Of a stretch of DNA of 64,000 bases, positions 30,149-39,275 are shown in pieces. How positions within the stretch are numbered: position 1 is the first letter of the stretch; every line of letters begins with the position of its first letter. The notes beneath the pieces were generated by a model. It searched no databases, was not told the DNA's origin, and saw only the letters and a program-made list of their open reading frames with translations. Origin of the DNA: Beijerinckiaceae bacterium (GTDB taxonomy: Bacteria; Pseudomonadota; Alphaproteobacteria; Rhizobiales; Beijerinckiaceae); assembly GCA_965198495.1 (NCBI GenBank), contig CBDAPL010000002.1:467642-531641 (forward strand), in the 5' to 3' direction. The translations under genes were made by a program, and so were the position numbers.

Positions 30149-30789
30149 GCGTCGCGTTTCCGACGGCGCTCGGCCGTGCCGAACACGAAATCCCAGTAGG
30201 GCGCGCTCACGCCGAAACCTTTGTCGTGATCGCGGTAGTGATGCATCAGGTGCAGGCGGCGGAGAGTCAGTCCGAGCTTCGTCGTCGGCGTCGCATGATG
30301 CGTGTAGTAGTGCACCATATCGTAGGCGAGATAGCCGGCGACGAAACCGGCGAGGGCGGGATAGCGCAACGTCGTGCCAAACAGCAGCGATGCGACCAGC
30401 CACGCGACGATCATGATCGGACCCGACAACAGGATCGGCATCACAAGGCGCAGCGGATCGTTGGGGTGATCGTGATGGACGCCATGGATGAGGAAGTGCA
30501 TGCGCCGGCCGAACTCGCCCGGGAACTCCCAGTGGAATAGGTAGCGGTGTCCGAAATATTCGATCAGCGTCCAAATGAGATAGCCGAGCGCCACCATGCC
30601 GACGACGGTCAGCGGGGCGATCAGCTGGAACGACACGACGACAAGCGCGACGATGAGCGGGACGTAGACGAAAAGCGGCACCGACCAATGAACGCGAGAC
30701 AGCTTGTCGAGCACCGGGTTTTCGAACAGGCGCGGCGACGCCGACAAGCGCTCCGCCTCGTTCGCAAATCCATGGTCGGTCGCCGTCAT
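30145..30789 (-). CDS. fatty acid hydroxylase superfamily protein (FA2H/Scs7-like, no cytochrome b5 domain)
   Basis: 214 aa, 4 TM segments. Three histidine boxes: HRYLFH, HGVHHDHP and HLMHHYRDH. The 3' end overlaps the convergent Gfo/Idh/MocA stop by 4 nt. Confidence 0.8.
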   Translation of the reverse strand: MTATDHGFANEAERLSASPRLFENPVLDKLSRVHWSVPLFVYVPLIVALVVVSFQLIAPLTVVGMVALGYLIWTLIEYFGHRYLFHWEFPGEFGRRMHFLIHGVHHDHPNDPLRLVMPILLSGPIMIVAWLVASLLFGTTLRYPALAGFVAGYLAYDMVHYYTHHATPTTKLGLTLRRLHLMHHYRDHDKGFGVSAPYWDFVFGTAERRRKRDA

Positions 30790-30964
30790 CCTGCTGGCCT
30801 CTGCTAGGGTTCACGCGATGTAGCCGTGCGCCGCGCCTTGCGGCAAGTCACATTGGGCAACACTCTCTTGCATTGCGGGAGGCTGGAGCAATTCAGCCCG
30901 TTCCGACAGGGGTGTCGCCCCACGCGACCGCTGACGTCATGAAAATGCCAAAGGGAGTAAGAGC

Positions 30965-31690
30965 TTGACAATACCACACGACACGCACCTGGAAATTGGC
31001 TCCCTGCTCTTCGAGGGGATCGACCAAATCGATCTCACGGGTCCATTCGAGGTGCTCTCGCGCATTCCAAACTCGACCTACAGGATCTACGGCAAGACCG
31101 CCGACCCAGTTCGTGACATGAAGGGCCTGCGCCTGACGCCCGATGCGGCGCTCGCCGACGCGCCGCGGCTCGATGTCCTCCACGTTCCAGGCGGCTTTGG
31201 TCAGGAAGCACTGATGGAGGACGAGGAGGTGCTGGGCTGGATCCGAAGCCAGGCGGCTGGCGCCCGCAGCGTCTTCTCCGTCTGCACCGGTGCGCTACTC
31301 TGCGGGGCCGCCGGCCTGCTCAAGGGGCGCCGCGCGACGACGCACTGGGCGTCCTTTCACCTGCTGCCGTTCTTCGGCGCCGTTCCAGTCAACGAGCGAG
31401 TGGTTCTGGAAGGCGATTGGATCTTCGCCGCCGGCGTCACGGCTGGCATCGATGGCGCACTTCGGCTCGCCGCCCACCTGCGTGGCGACGCGGCAGCCCA
31501 GGCCATCCAGCTCTACATGGTCTACTCGCCGGAGCCGCCTTTCGACAGCGGCACGCCGGAAACTGCGCCGGCCGCGATCCTCGACGAGGCGCGCCAGTCC
31601 GTGCGGGGCATTACGGCGCGGCGGGAGGCGACGGCGCGCCGGGTCGCCAAGCGGCTCGGCATCCCCGTACCGGAACCTGCCGCCGGATAG
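30965..31690 (+). CDS. DJ-1/PfpI family protein
   Basis: Nucleophile-elbow motif SVCTGALLCGAAGLL. TTG start preceded by ggag. Confidence 0.8.
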   Translation: MTIPHDTHLEIGSLLFEGIDQIDLTGPFEVLSRIPNSTYRIYGKTADPVRDMKGLRLTPDAALADAPRLDVLHVPGGFGQEALMEDEEVLGWIRSQAAGARSVFSVCTGALLCGAAGLLKGRRATTHWASFHLLPFFGAVPVNERVVLEGDWIFAAGVTAGIDGALRLAAHLRGDAAAQAIQLYMVYSPEPPFDSGTPETAPAAILDEARQSVRGITARREATARRVAKRLGIPVPEPAAG

Positions 31691-31696
31691 CCGGGC

Positions 31697-32512
31697 TCAT
31701 CCCGCCAAGTCGCTAGCGCGTTTCTTCGCGGCGGCGACAGCTCGCGTCATGAGGGCGCCGAGTCCGTCTCCCGCGCGCAGAATATCGAGCGCCGCCGCGG
31801 TGGTCCCTCCCGGCGAGGTGACCGCCTCGCGCAACTGCTCCGGCGTGCGATCGGGCTGGCGCGCCATCAGCATGCCCGCGCCCTGCACGGTCGCGCGGGC
31901 GAGGCGTACCGCGATTTCGGGCGGCAGGCCGGCGGCGATGCCGGCCTCGGCAAGGCATTCGGTCAGCAGGAACACGTAAGCCGGGCCGGAACCGGAGACC
32001 GCCGTAACGGCGTCGATCAGACTTTCGTCGAGCCATTCGACGTGACCGACGGCCTCGAGCATTGTCTGCGCAACGGCCCGCCGCTCCTGCGACAGGCCGT
32101 GCTCACCGGCGAGAGCGCTGGTGCCTTGCCCGACCACCGCCGGCAGGTTGGGCATGGCGCGGACGATCGCGCCAGCGTTCGGCAGGCCGGCGCGCAGGTC
32201 CGCGAGCGTCTTGCCGGCGAGAATCGAGACGACGAGGGTAGCCGGTCGCGCCAGCCGCGCGAGAACGCCCGGCGCTTCGTCGAAGATCTGCGGCTTGATC
32301 GCCAGCACGAGTGCTTCGGGCGCCTCGGTCGGCATGTCGACGGCGATGCCACACTCGCGGCAGAACGTGGTGGTCTCGGCGTCGAGATGCGGATCCAGCA
32401 CGTGGATCCCATCAGGAGGCAGCCCTGCGGCGAGCCAGCCGCGAAGCAGCGCGCCGCCCATCTTGCCGGCCCCGACCAGGACCAAGGAAACGGGCCAGCG
32501 TGGTTCCGTCAC
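31697..32512 (-). CDS. proC: pyrroline-5-carboxylate reductase
   Basis: 271 aa. N-terminal LVGAGKMGGALLRGW and the C-terminal signature SGSGPAYVFLLTECL..TSPGGTT. Confidence 0.9.
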   Translation of the reverse strand: MTEPRWPVSLVLVGAGKMGGALLRGWLAAGLPPDGIHVLDPHLDAETTTFCRECGIAVDMPTEAPEALVLAIKPQIFDEAPGVLARLARPATLVVSILAGKTLADLRAGLPNAGAIVRAMPNLPAVVGQGTSALAGEHGLSQERRAVAQTMLEAVGHVEWLDESLIDAVTAVSGSGPAYVFLLTECLAEAGIAAGLPPEIAVRLARATVQGAGMLMARQPDRTPEQLREAVTSPGGTTAAALDILRAGDGLGALMTRAVAAAKKRASDLAG

Positions 32513-32522
32513 CAGATGGCCA

Positions 32523-33029
32523 TTAAGCTTCGCCGCGCGTCTCGATCATTGCCGTATCAAGCGCCTCGCGACCGGATTTGCCGGCCCAAACGACGAATTG
32601 GAACGCCTGATAGTAGCGTTCGCACGCCATGACGGCAGAGGTCAGCACGCTCTCGCACTGGCGGCCGTTCAGCTCCGCGCCGCCGGCAAGCAGCAGGGCG
32701 TGGCGGAACATGATGACGCCGTCGGTCGGCCATATGTCGAAATGGCCGATCCACATCTGCTCGTTAATCAGCGCGACCAGGCTCAGCACTTCGGCCTTGC
32801 GCGGGGTCGGCACCTTGAGGTCGAAGGCGCAGGCGACATGCATCGCCTCCATGTCGGGCAGCCAGGTGAAGGCTATGTTGTAGTCGGTCCAGCCGCCGGC
32901 GACTGAAATCGAGATCTCGTCGTCTTCGTCGCGGTCGAACGACCAATCGTGCGAGGTGGCGAGGCGCTCGACCATGTCGACCGGGTTTTCGGTGCGGGTG
33001 GCCTCGACGTGCATCTGCGACAACGACAT
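32523..33029 (-). CDS. YbjN domain-containing protein
   Basis: 168 aa. Conserved alphaproteobacterial pattern (NPVDMVE..WSF.R..DDEISISVAGGW..WIGHFDIW..VMFRHALLLAGG..YYQAFQFVVWAGKS). Typical position upstream of proC. Confidence 0.72.
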   Translation of the reverse strand: MSLSQMHVEATRTENPVDMVERLATSHDWSFDRDEDDEISISVAGGWTDYNIAFTWLPDMEAMHVACAFDLKVPTPRKAEVLSLVALINEQMWIGHFDIWPTDGVIMFRHALLLAGGAELNGRQCESVLTSAVMACERYYQAFQFVVWAGKSGREALDTAMIETRGEA

Positions 33030-33409
33030 TCCCTAGCCTCGGTACGAGCGTGCGGCCAGGCTCGAGGCCTTGCCGCGCCGGTTTAAACGGACGCGGATGA
33101 ACGTGAACGCGACAGGCCATCCTTGAAGGTGCGTGACCGGCTCCGATTCGCCGATGCGCGCCGCAAATGAATCACAAGGTGCCACGCACGATCAACCTGT
33201 TTGGTTTCCTTCGGCAGCCGGCTCGGAGGCGACTGCGGGTCACCTCCTTGTTGCTCTTACGCTCGCGGATTCGCGAGAATCCGTCCATGCTCGCGAGCAT
33301 TATGTCCACACAAGAAGCACGGTAAGCTTTACGCACGATCTCGGGGCGTCGGCTGCGACCCTGTCGATCACACAAGTGCGCAAGACCACACTCGCGGAGG
33401 ATCGACACA

Positions 33410-34231
33410 GTGAAAGTTTCGCTCATTCAGATGAACTCGGTCGCCGACAAGCATGCCAACATCGCGGCCGCGAGCGCGCTGATCGAGCGGGTGGTCGGCG
33501 ATGAGGGCCCGGACTGGATAGCCCTGCCGGAATGTTTCGATTTCCTGGGTGGCCAGCGCGCCGACAAGCTGGCGGCGGCCGAGACCTTGGGCCATGGTCC
33601 GGCCTATAGCGCGATGCGCGACCTCGCCGCCCGCCACAAGATCTTTCTCCACGCCGGCTCCATGCTCGAGAAGGCCGAGGGGGAGGAGCGCATCCACAAC
33701 ACCACGATCGTCTTCGACCGCGCCGGCGCGGAGGTCGCGCGCTACCGCAAAATCCACATGTTCGACATCGTCACGCCGGACGGGATGTCCTATCGCGAGA
33801 GCGCGTCGTTCAAGCCGGGCGAGCGGGTCGTCACCTACGATTGCGAGGGCGTCACGATCGGTTGCTCGATCTGCTACGACCTGCGCTTCCCCGCTTTGTT
33901 CCAGGCGCTCGTCGCCAGGGGCGCGCAGATGATCGCGCTGCCTTCCGCGTTCACGATGCAGACCGGCAAGGATCATTGGGAGGTGCTCTGCCGCGCCCGG
34001 GCGATCGAGACGCAGACCTGGTTCTGCGCCCCGGCGCAGACGGGCACCCACACGATCGGCGCCGAGCGGCGCCAGACCTACGGCCACTCGATGGTGATCG
34101 ATCCCTGGGGTCTCGTCACGGCGCGCGCGTCGGACGGACCCGGCCTCGTCAGCGCGCGGATCGATGCGGCGCGCGTGGCCAAGGTGCGCGAGGGCATGCC
34201 CGTGCAGAGCCATCGGGTGCCGCTTGAGTGA
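33410..34231 (+). CDS. carbon-nitrogen hydrolase family protein (nitrilase/amidase superfamily)
   Basis: 273 aa with a GTG start. Catalytic Cys context GCSICYDLRFP, Glu (ALPECFDF) and Lys (YRKIHMFD). Confidence 0.85.
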   Translation: MKVSLIQMNSVADKHANIAAASALIERVVGDEGPDWIALPECFDFLGGQRADKLAAAETLGHGPAYSAMRDLAARHKIFLHAGSMLEKAEGEERIHNTTIVFDRAGAEVARYRKIHMFDIVTPDGMSYRESASFKPGERVVTYDCEGVTIGCSICYDLRFPALFQALVARGAQMIALPSAFTMQTGKDHWEVLCRARAIETQTWFCAPAQTGTHTIGAERRQTYGHSMVIDPWGLVTARASDGPGLVSARIDAARVAKVREGMPVQSHRVPLE

Positions 34232-34253
34232 GCGAGCGGGGCGCGGCGCCGGC

Positions 34254-34397
34254 CTAGTAGCAGACCGTTTTCGCTTGCGTGCCGATCGAGGTGCTTTCGC
34301 ACACCCGCTTCGGCTCGTCGGGATCGTAGCTCGCCTTCTTCGTGGACGCGCAAGCGCCAACCAGCAAGGTCATCAAGAGCACGACCGCCTTCTTCAT
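34254..34397 (-). CDS. small lipoprotein (47 aa)
   Basis: MKKAVVLLMTLLVGAC lipobox. Start chosen at the internal ATG of the 64-aa ORF. No homology recognised. Confidence 0.4.
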   Translation of the reverse strand: MKKAVVLLMTLLVGACASTKKASYDPDEPKRVCESTSIGTQAKTVCY

Positions 34398-34971
34398 CGT
34401 TCTTCCCGCGATATCCGCCCCCGTTCGATCTTGTATGCGATGGCGCACCAGTCAGCTAGCTTGCGACAGTGTAGGTCAATACCCACGCCGCGGCTCGCTG
34501 CTTCAGCAAATCAAGAAACTTGGGTGAACCAACCCAAAGCTTGCTCCTTCACGGCGACCATCTCGAAGCTGTAGGACCGGTTCGCGTGAGGAAGCGCCGC
34601 GCACGGTGCCAGCCGTCTGATCCTGATAGATCGCGCCAAGCAGCGGGCTCAGAGCGCGACTGTTGCGCACGGACAACCACATGCGGAGCAGATGCCGCTT
34701 GCGATCGGTCTCGTCGCCAAGCCATCCGCCCTCATCCTGGCGTCTTCGGGACGACAGATGTGGAAGGCAGGCTCTGATGGTCGTCTCGACGCTGTTCAAA
34801 ACTTCCGCGGGTCGCGTTTTGCCTCGACTCGACGGGACCGTAATCGCGCGTCAAGTCGGAATGCGGTAGAGGCAGAATGACCGGTGCGGCGGTCGCCTCC
34901 GCCGTCGCCGGATTTGCGCGTCGCCACTTAGGCAGCTTGTCCAATGGTGACGTTTGCAGCTTCAAGCCGGA

Positions 34972-35048
34972 GTGGCGCGCCCGAAGAGATTCGAACTCCT
35001 GACCCCTAGATTCGTAGTCTAGTGCTCTATCCAGCTGAGCTACGGGCG
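34972..35048 (-). tRNA. tRNA-Arg (anticodon ACG)
   Basis: The reverse complement reads GCGCCCGTAGCTCAGCTGGATAGAGCACTAGACTACGAATCTAGGGGTCAGGAGTTCGAATCTCTTCGGGCGCGCCA. Cloverleaf folds by eye, anticodon loop CTACGAA, encoded CCA. Confidence 0.92.
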
Positions 35049-35193
35049 CGTGCCGCGCGGCGCGGCGTTTAGATACAGCCTAGCCGCGATCGCGGGCTGT
35101 AGGCCCGGAGGCGTTGCATAGCGGCTCGCTCCGATGGTGGCAAGGCGCAAACGCGGTAGAGGCGGCCCGGCGTGATCGGCGATGACCCGCGGG

Positions 35194-36687
35194 TTATGGC
35201 AGTGCCAGGCGGAAGCACGCGCCCATCTCGTCGCTGGTGGCGTGCAGCGCGATCGTGCCGCCGTGCGCGCGAATGAGGTCCGCGGCGATGGCGAGGCCGA
35301 GACCGGTGCCGCCAGGCTGGCTCGAGTTCTGGAAGGCCGAGAAGATCTTCGGGCGCATGCCGACCGGAATGCCGGGACCGGTGTCGGCGACCTCGATGAT
35401 GGTTACGCCGCCCTCTTTCCAGGCACGCACGCTCACCACGGGTAGGCGGCCCGGCGAGGCGCCGGCGCGTTCCAACGCCTGGACTCCGTTGCGCATGAGA
35501 TTCAGCAAGATGCGGAACATCTGCTCGGCATCCGCGGCAACCTCGAGATCGGCGGGCACGTCGTTGGTGATCCGCACGTTGGCGTGCGCCTCCGGCGCTA
35601 CCGTCTCTGCCGCCTCGGCGACGACCGCATGGAGGACGACCTGGCGCAGGCGAGGGAGTTCGTCGACGGCGCGCCCGTAGGTCAAGGTCGATTGACAAAA
35701 GCGGATCGCCCGGTCGAGCGTGGCGACGAGCTTGGGCGCCAGGCGCTGCGCTAGCGGATCGCGAACGTTGGCGAGGCGATCCGAGAGGATCTGCGCCGAG
35801 GCCAGCATGTTGCGCATGTCGTGGTTGATCTTGGCGACGGCGAGGCCAAGATTGGCAAGGTTCTTCTTCTGCGAGAGTTCAAGGGCGAGGGCCTCCTGCA
35901 TCACGGCCAGCGCGCGCTCGGCGTGACCGATCTCGTGCGCCTTGTCCGAAGGAATGATGATACGCGCACGGTCGCCGGGATCGGCGCCGAAATCCATGAT
36001 GCTGGTGGTCAGCCGCCGCACCGGCGCGAGGATCATCCGGTGCATGGCGAGCGCCGCCAGCATGGCGACGATGACCGACACGATCAGCGAATAGATCAAC
36101 AGCCGCTCGGAGAAATGATGCATCGCCGTCTTCAGCGGCGCTTCGTCCATCGTCACCTCGATGGCGCTTCCACCCATCGGGGCCGCGCTGAGAAGAGCGA
36201 GAACGCGCCCGTCCGGCGAGGCGAGGGTGCGGAACGCCGCCCCTAGTAATCTGGACCAACTGGTGACGCGCAGATCGTCGGTCTCGTCGACCTGGACGGG
36301 ATGTTCGCCCGAGGCGAGCACGCGGCGCGTCCCGTTCTTCTCCATGACGATCATCCGCGCCCCGACACTCTTCAGCATGTCGCGCGCGAGCGTGTCGGAG
36401 ATCATGCCTTCAGGCGCGCTTTCGAGGACAAGGGCGGCGGTGTAGGCGGCGCTGAGATGATTGTGCAACCAATTATAGCGCATGTTGGCGACGGCCGGCA
36501 CGTAGATCATGATCTCGGCAAGCATCACGAAGGCGCCGATGAGAACGATCAGGCGCCCAGCCAAGCCGACACGGGGAACGCCGACGCGGGGCAGGCCGGC
36601 AAGCGGCAGGCTCACCCGCCGGCTTTCTCCCCGGCGAAGGCCGGCCTCAAGGAGCGGCGGCCCGTTCCGCGTCACGACATCGCGCAT
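35194..36687 (-). CDS. sensor histidine kinase (membrane-anchored, orphan)
   Basis: H box HDMRNMLASA, N box LLNLMRNGVQA, G1 DTGPGIP, G2 GGTGLGLAIA. N-terminal TM with IMIYVPAVANMRYNWL. Start chosen at MRDVV; the ORF is open to 36819. Confidence 0.8.
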   Translation of the reverse strand: MRDVVTRNGPPLLEAGLRRGESRRVSLPLAGLPRVGVPRVGLAGRLIVLIGAFVMLAEIMIYVPAVANMRYNWLHNHLSAAYTAALVLESAPEGMISDTLARDMLKSVGARMIVMEKNGTRRVLASGEHPVQVDETDDLRVTSWSRLLGAAFRTLASPDGRVLALLSAAPMGGSAIEVTMDEAPLKTAMHHFSERLLIYSLIVSVIVAMLAALAMHRMILAPVRRLTTSIMDFGADPGDRARIIIPSDKAHEIGHAERALAVMQEALALELSQKKNLANLGLAVAKINHDMRNMLASAQILSDRLANVRDPLAQRLAPKLVATLDRAIRFCQSTLTYGRAVDELPRLRQVVLHAVVAEAAETVAPEAHANVRITNDVPADLEVAADAEQMFRILLNLMRNGVQALERAGASPGRLPVVSVRAWKEGGVTIIEVADTGPGIPVGMRPKIFSAFQNSSQPGGTGLGLAIAADLIRAHGGTIALHATSDEMGACFRLALP

Positions 36688-36831
36688 ATCGGTCCTTTGC
36701 CGTCCCGGTCTCGCCGTGGCACGGTACGGTAAAGTGAGACTAGCCGACAAATTGGCCGCTGTTGAGGCCGCCATGGTCGCAGGCTCGCGGCATCGAAAGT
36801 CGAAAGAGTCGGTTGGCAAGGGGCATCGACC

Positions 36832-38829
36832 TCAATCGTCCACGGCTACCGTCCCGGAGCCCGCGCATGGGACGACAGCGTAGCGGTCGATCCGCCACCA
36901 ATGCATGCCGTCATCCCGCACCACATGTCGCCACACCGGGAGCGGCGGCGACCATATCCGGATGCCAAGCCCCGAAGGAAGAACCGCGTCGGCGTCGAGC
37001 GGTGCGACGATCCAGGCGGGTCCGCCTTTGCCCGAGGGGCCGAAGCTCGCGCAGAAGGATCTGACGCGGGCCGGATCGAGAGATGGCGCCGCGATGGGAG
37101 CCGGCAGGAAAAGGGGCTTCAGAAGATAGGGCGACGCCAGCCCCGCCGCGATCACCGCCTTCGCGCGAGTGTGCCAAGTGATCGCCAGATCGCGCGAGAA
37201 CACGATCGCGCTGCCTTGTATCTGCGCGTTCCAATTGGGGCGGCCGAGCCAATACCAGGCCTCATCACCCTCGGTCCAGAGTACCGGACCGGGTCGAGAC
37301 GCGAGCATCGCGATAAGATCGGGCTTTCGGGCCGCCGAACCGGCATCGGCGTTGCCCGGCATCTGCCCGTTCCACACCGTCGCCAGCACGATTGTGCCGA
37401 CAACCACGCTTGCCGCCGCGCTCACGCGCGTCGCGACGGCGTCGGGCCAGCGCGTCCACGCCCAGGCGACGAGAACGACCGGCACGGTCGCGATGCCGAC
37501 CGGCCAGAGGATCGCCCAGGTACCGCCGGCGCCGGCGGGCAAGCCCGAACGAATGGAGTGCAGCGTGGCGACGGCGACCCCTTGGTCGATCAGGATCGTG
37601 ATCGCGCAGAATGCCCAGGCGGCGAGCACGGCGCGACGATCGAGCCGGAACGACAGACGTGGGCCGCCTACGTATATACCCAAAGCGCAGAGGGCGCAGA
37701 GCGGCCCCATCGGGAAGGTGCCAAGATCGATCCAACCGGCCGCAAGCAGGGCCAGCGCGATTTGGCCGCTCGCGCCACGCCGCGGCAGGTGGCAAAGGCA
37801 GACACCGGCCGCGAGCGGGGCGAGAGCCGCCATAAGCCATAGGGCCCGCCAGGGCTGCGCCTGCATGACCAGGAGATCGCCGAAGAGATCCACCAGGACG
37901 AAGGACGCGAACGCGCCGGCGAGCCCGACGCCTAGCGTCGCCAGGAGGACGATCCGCGCCCAACCGCGCATAAGACCGGCGGCGAGCGCGATGGTCGCGC
38001 CGCGCACGATGATCGAGGACAGCCCGTCGCCGAGCGGCCAGAGACCCACGTAGAGGTAGGTGTTGCGCTCGACCAGTATCGCGCTCCAGGCTGGATCGAT
38101 CCTGATCATCAAGCGGCTCACGAGCGGCATCCCCGTGGCGCCGGCGACGATCATGCCGATGCCGGCGACGGCCGCCGCGATCAGCCAGCGCTGGTCGCGG
38201 ATGCCGAGAGCGACCACAAGCACGCCGACGCCCGGCAAGGCCAAGATCGGGTGGACCAAGGCGGCGAGGAGGAGCCACGCAACACACCGCGTCCATCGCT
38301 CTCGGCAGAGCGCGGCGAGGGCCATCAGCACGGCGGCCTCGGCGAGAGGCCGCGGGATCGGCAGCGATTCGCCGGCCGCGATCAGGTTCCAGGGCGTGTA
38401 CACTGCGGACAGGACGCAAGCGCAGGCGAGCCCGAGAACGATAGCGCGGCGTGGCAGCAGCACACGGGCGAGGGCGGCGAGGGCGGCGAACCGGACCACC
38501 ATGTTGACAACACTGAGCAGCGCGACCGTCGGTCCGAGGCCGAAGGCGCCGGCCAACCTGCCGGCGATGACGCGGAAGATCGAGAACCCAGACTGCCCGT
38601 CCAGCCTGAACATGAGATCGCGGCCGACGCCGGGATCGATGTCGGCAAGCGCGCGGCCCATGTAGATGCGCGCGTCCTGCTCGATGCCGACGAAGCCGTG
38701 CGCGAGCGCCCAGAGAAGCGCCAAGGCCATGCCGATGAACGCGTCGGTCGGCACGGATCTCGAAAGATTGCCGATGATGGCCATCGGGCGAGCGGTCCAT
38801 GACGATGTCGGCGCGGCCGCGTCGCTCAC
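36832..38829 (-). CDS. polytopic membrane protein with C-terminal extracytoplasmic domain (GT-C-like architecture, function unknown)
   Basis: 665 aa. Roughly 12-14 hydrophobic segments followed by a soluble tail of about 170 aa. GTG start overlaps the GtrA stop (GTGA). Confidence 0.6.
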   Translation of the reverse strand: MSDAAAPTSSWTARPMAIIGNLSRSVPTDAFIGMALALLWALAHGFVGIEQDARIYMGRALADIDPGVGRDLMFRLDGQSGFSIFRVIAGRLAGAFGLGPTVALLSVVNMVVRFAALAALARVLLPRRAIVLGLACACVLSAVYTPWNLIAAGESLPIPRPLAEAAVLMALAALCRERWTRCVAWLLLAALVHPILALPGVGVLVVALGIRDQRWLIAAAVAGIGMIVAGATGMPLVSRLMIRIDPAWSAILVERNTYLYVGLWPLGDGLSSIIVRGATIALAAGLMRGWARIVLLATLGVGLAGAFASFVLVDLFGDLLVMQAQPWRALWLMAALAPLAAGVCLCHLPRRGASGQIALALLAAGWIDLGTFPMGPLCALCALGIYVGGPRLSFRLDRRAVLAAWAFCAITILIDQGVAVATLHSIRSGLPAGAGGTWAILWPVGIATVPVVLVAWAWTRWPDAVATRVSAAASVVVGTIVLATVWNGQMPGNADAGSAARKPDLIAMLASRPGPVLWTEGDEAWYWLGRPNWNAQIQGSAIVFSRDLAITWHTRAKAVIAAGLASPYLLKPLFLPAPIAAPSLDPARVRSFCASFGPSGKGGPAWIVAPLDADAVLPSGLGIRIWSPPLPVWRHVVRDDGMHWWRIDRYAVVPCAGSGTVAVDD

Positions 38830-39275
38830 GCGTCTCGACTCGCCTTGAAGACGAGGCTTCGTCTGCTCAGGAAATTGAAAAGGAAGACGATGGCGGTCGT
38901 CGGGATCTTCGCGAGAGCGACGACGAAGCCAAGCCTGGCGACGAACACGTAGAGCAGAACCTGGGTCAGCGCGAGGCCGGCCACTCCGACGACGAAGAAG
39001 CCGACCGTCTCGCTATCGCGCAAGGCTCGGCGACGGTCGGCGAAGACGAAGCGCACGTTCAGCATGTAGGAGATCACCATGCCCGCCGAAAAGCTCAGCA
39101 TGGAGGCGGCAAGATAGTTCGCGCCGAGCCAGACGAGGACCAGCAGCAGACCGCAGTCGGACGCGAGCGCCAGCCCGCTGACGAGCCCGTAGCCGAGCAG
39201 ATCGAAGAGGAAGCGTGCGGCCCGGCCGTCCCCGAAACGCTCGAGGCCGAAGTCGCGCGGCGCGGCGAGCGTCAC
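38826..39275 (-). CDS. GtrA family protein
   Basis: 149 aa, 4 TM segments, GtrA-like ending (AKIPTTAIVFLFNFLSRRSLVF). Overlaps both neighbours by 4 nt. Confidence 0.8.
   Translation of the reverse strand: MTLAAPRDFGLERFGDGRAARFLFDLLGYGLVSGLALASDCGLLLVLVWLGANYLAASMLSFSAGMVISYMLNVRFVFADRRRALRDSETVGFFVVGVAGLALTQVLLYVFVARLGFVVALAKIPTTAIVFLFNFLSRRSLVFKASRDA

Noticed and set aside
33030-33409. A 380-bp divergent intergenic region with lower GC, an inverted repeat (cggattc gcga gaatccg, ~33265-33282) and a perfect aaggaggtga on the minus strand. I wondered about a small RNA or a small ORF.
   Set aside because: No start codon follows the SD-like motif at a usable distance. No terminator-like structure defines an RNA. 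Divergent promoters of ybjN and the C-N hydrolase explain the spacer. The ORFs there (33172-33426, 33201-33413) look non-coding.
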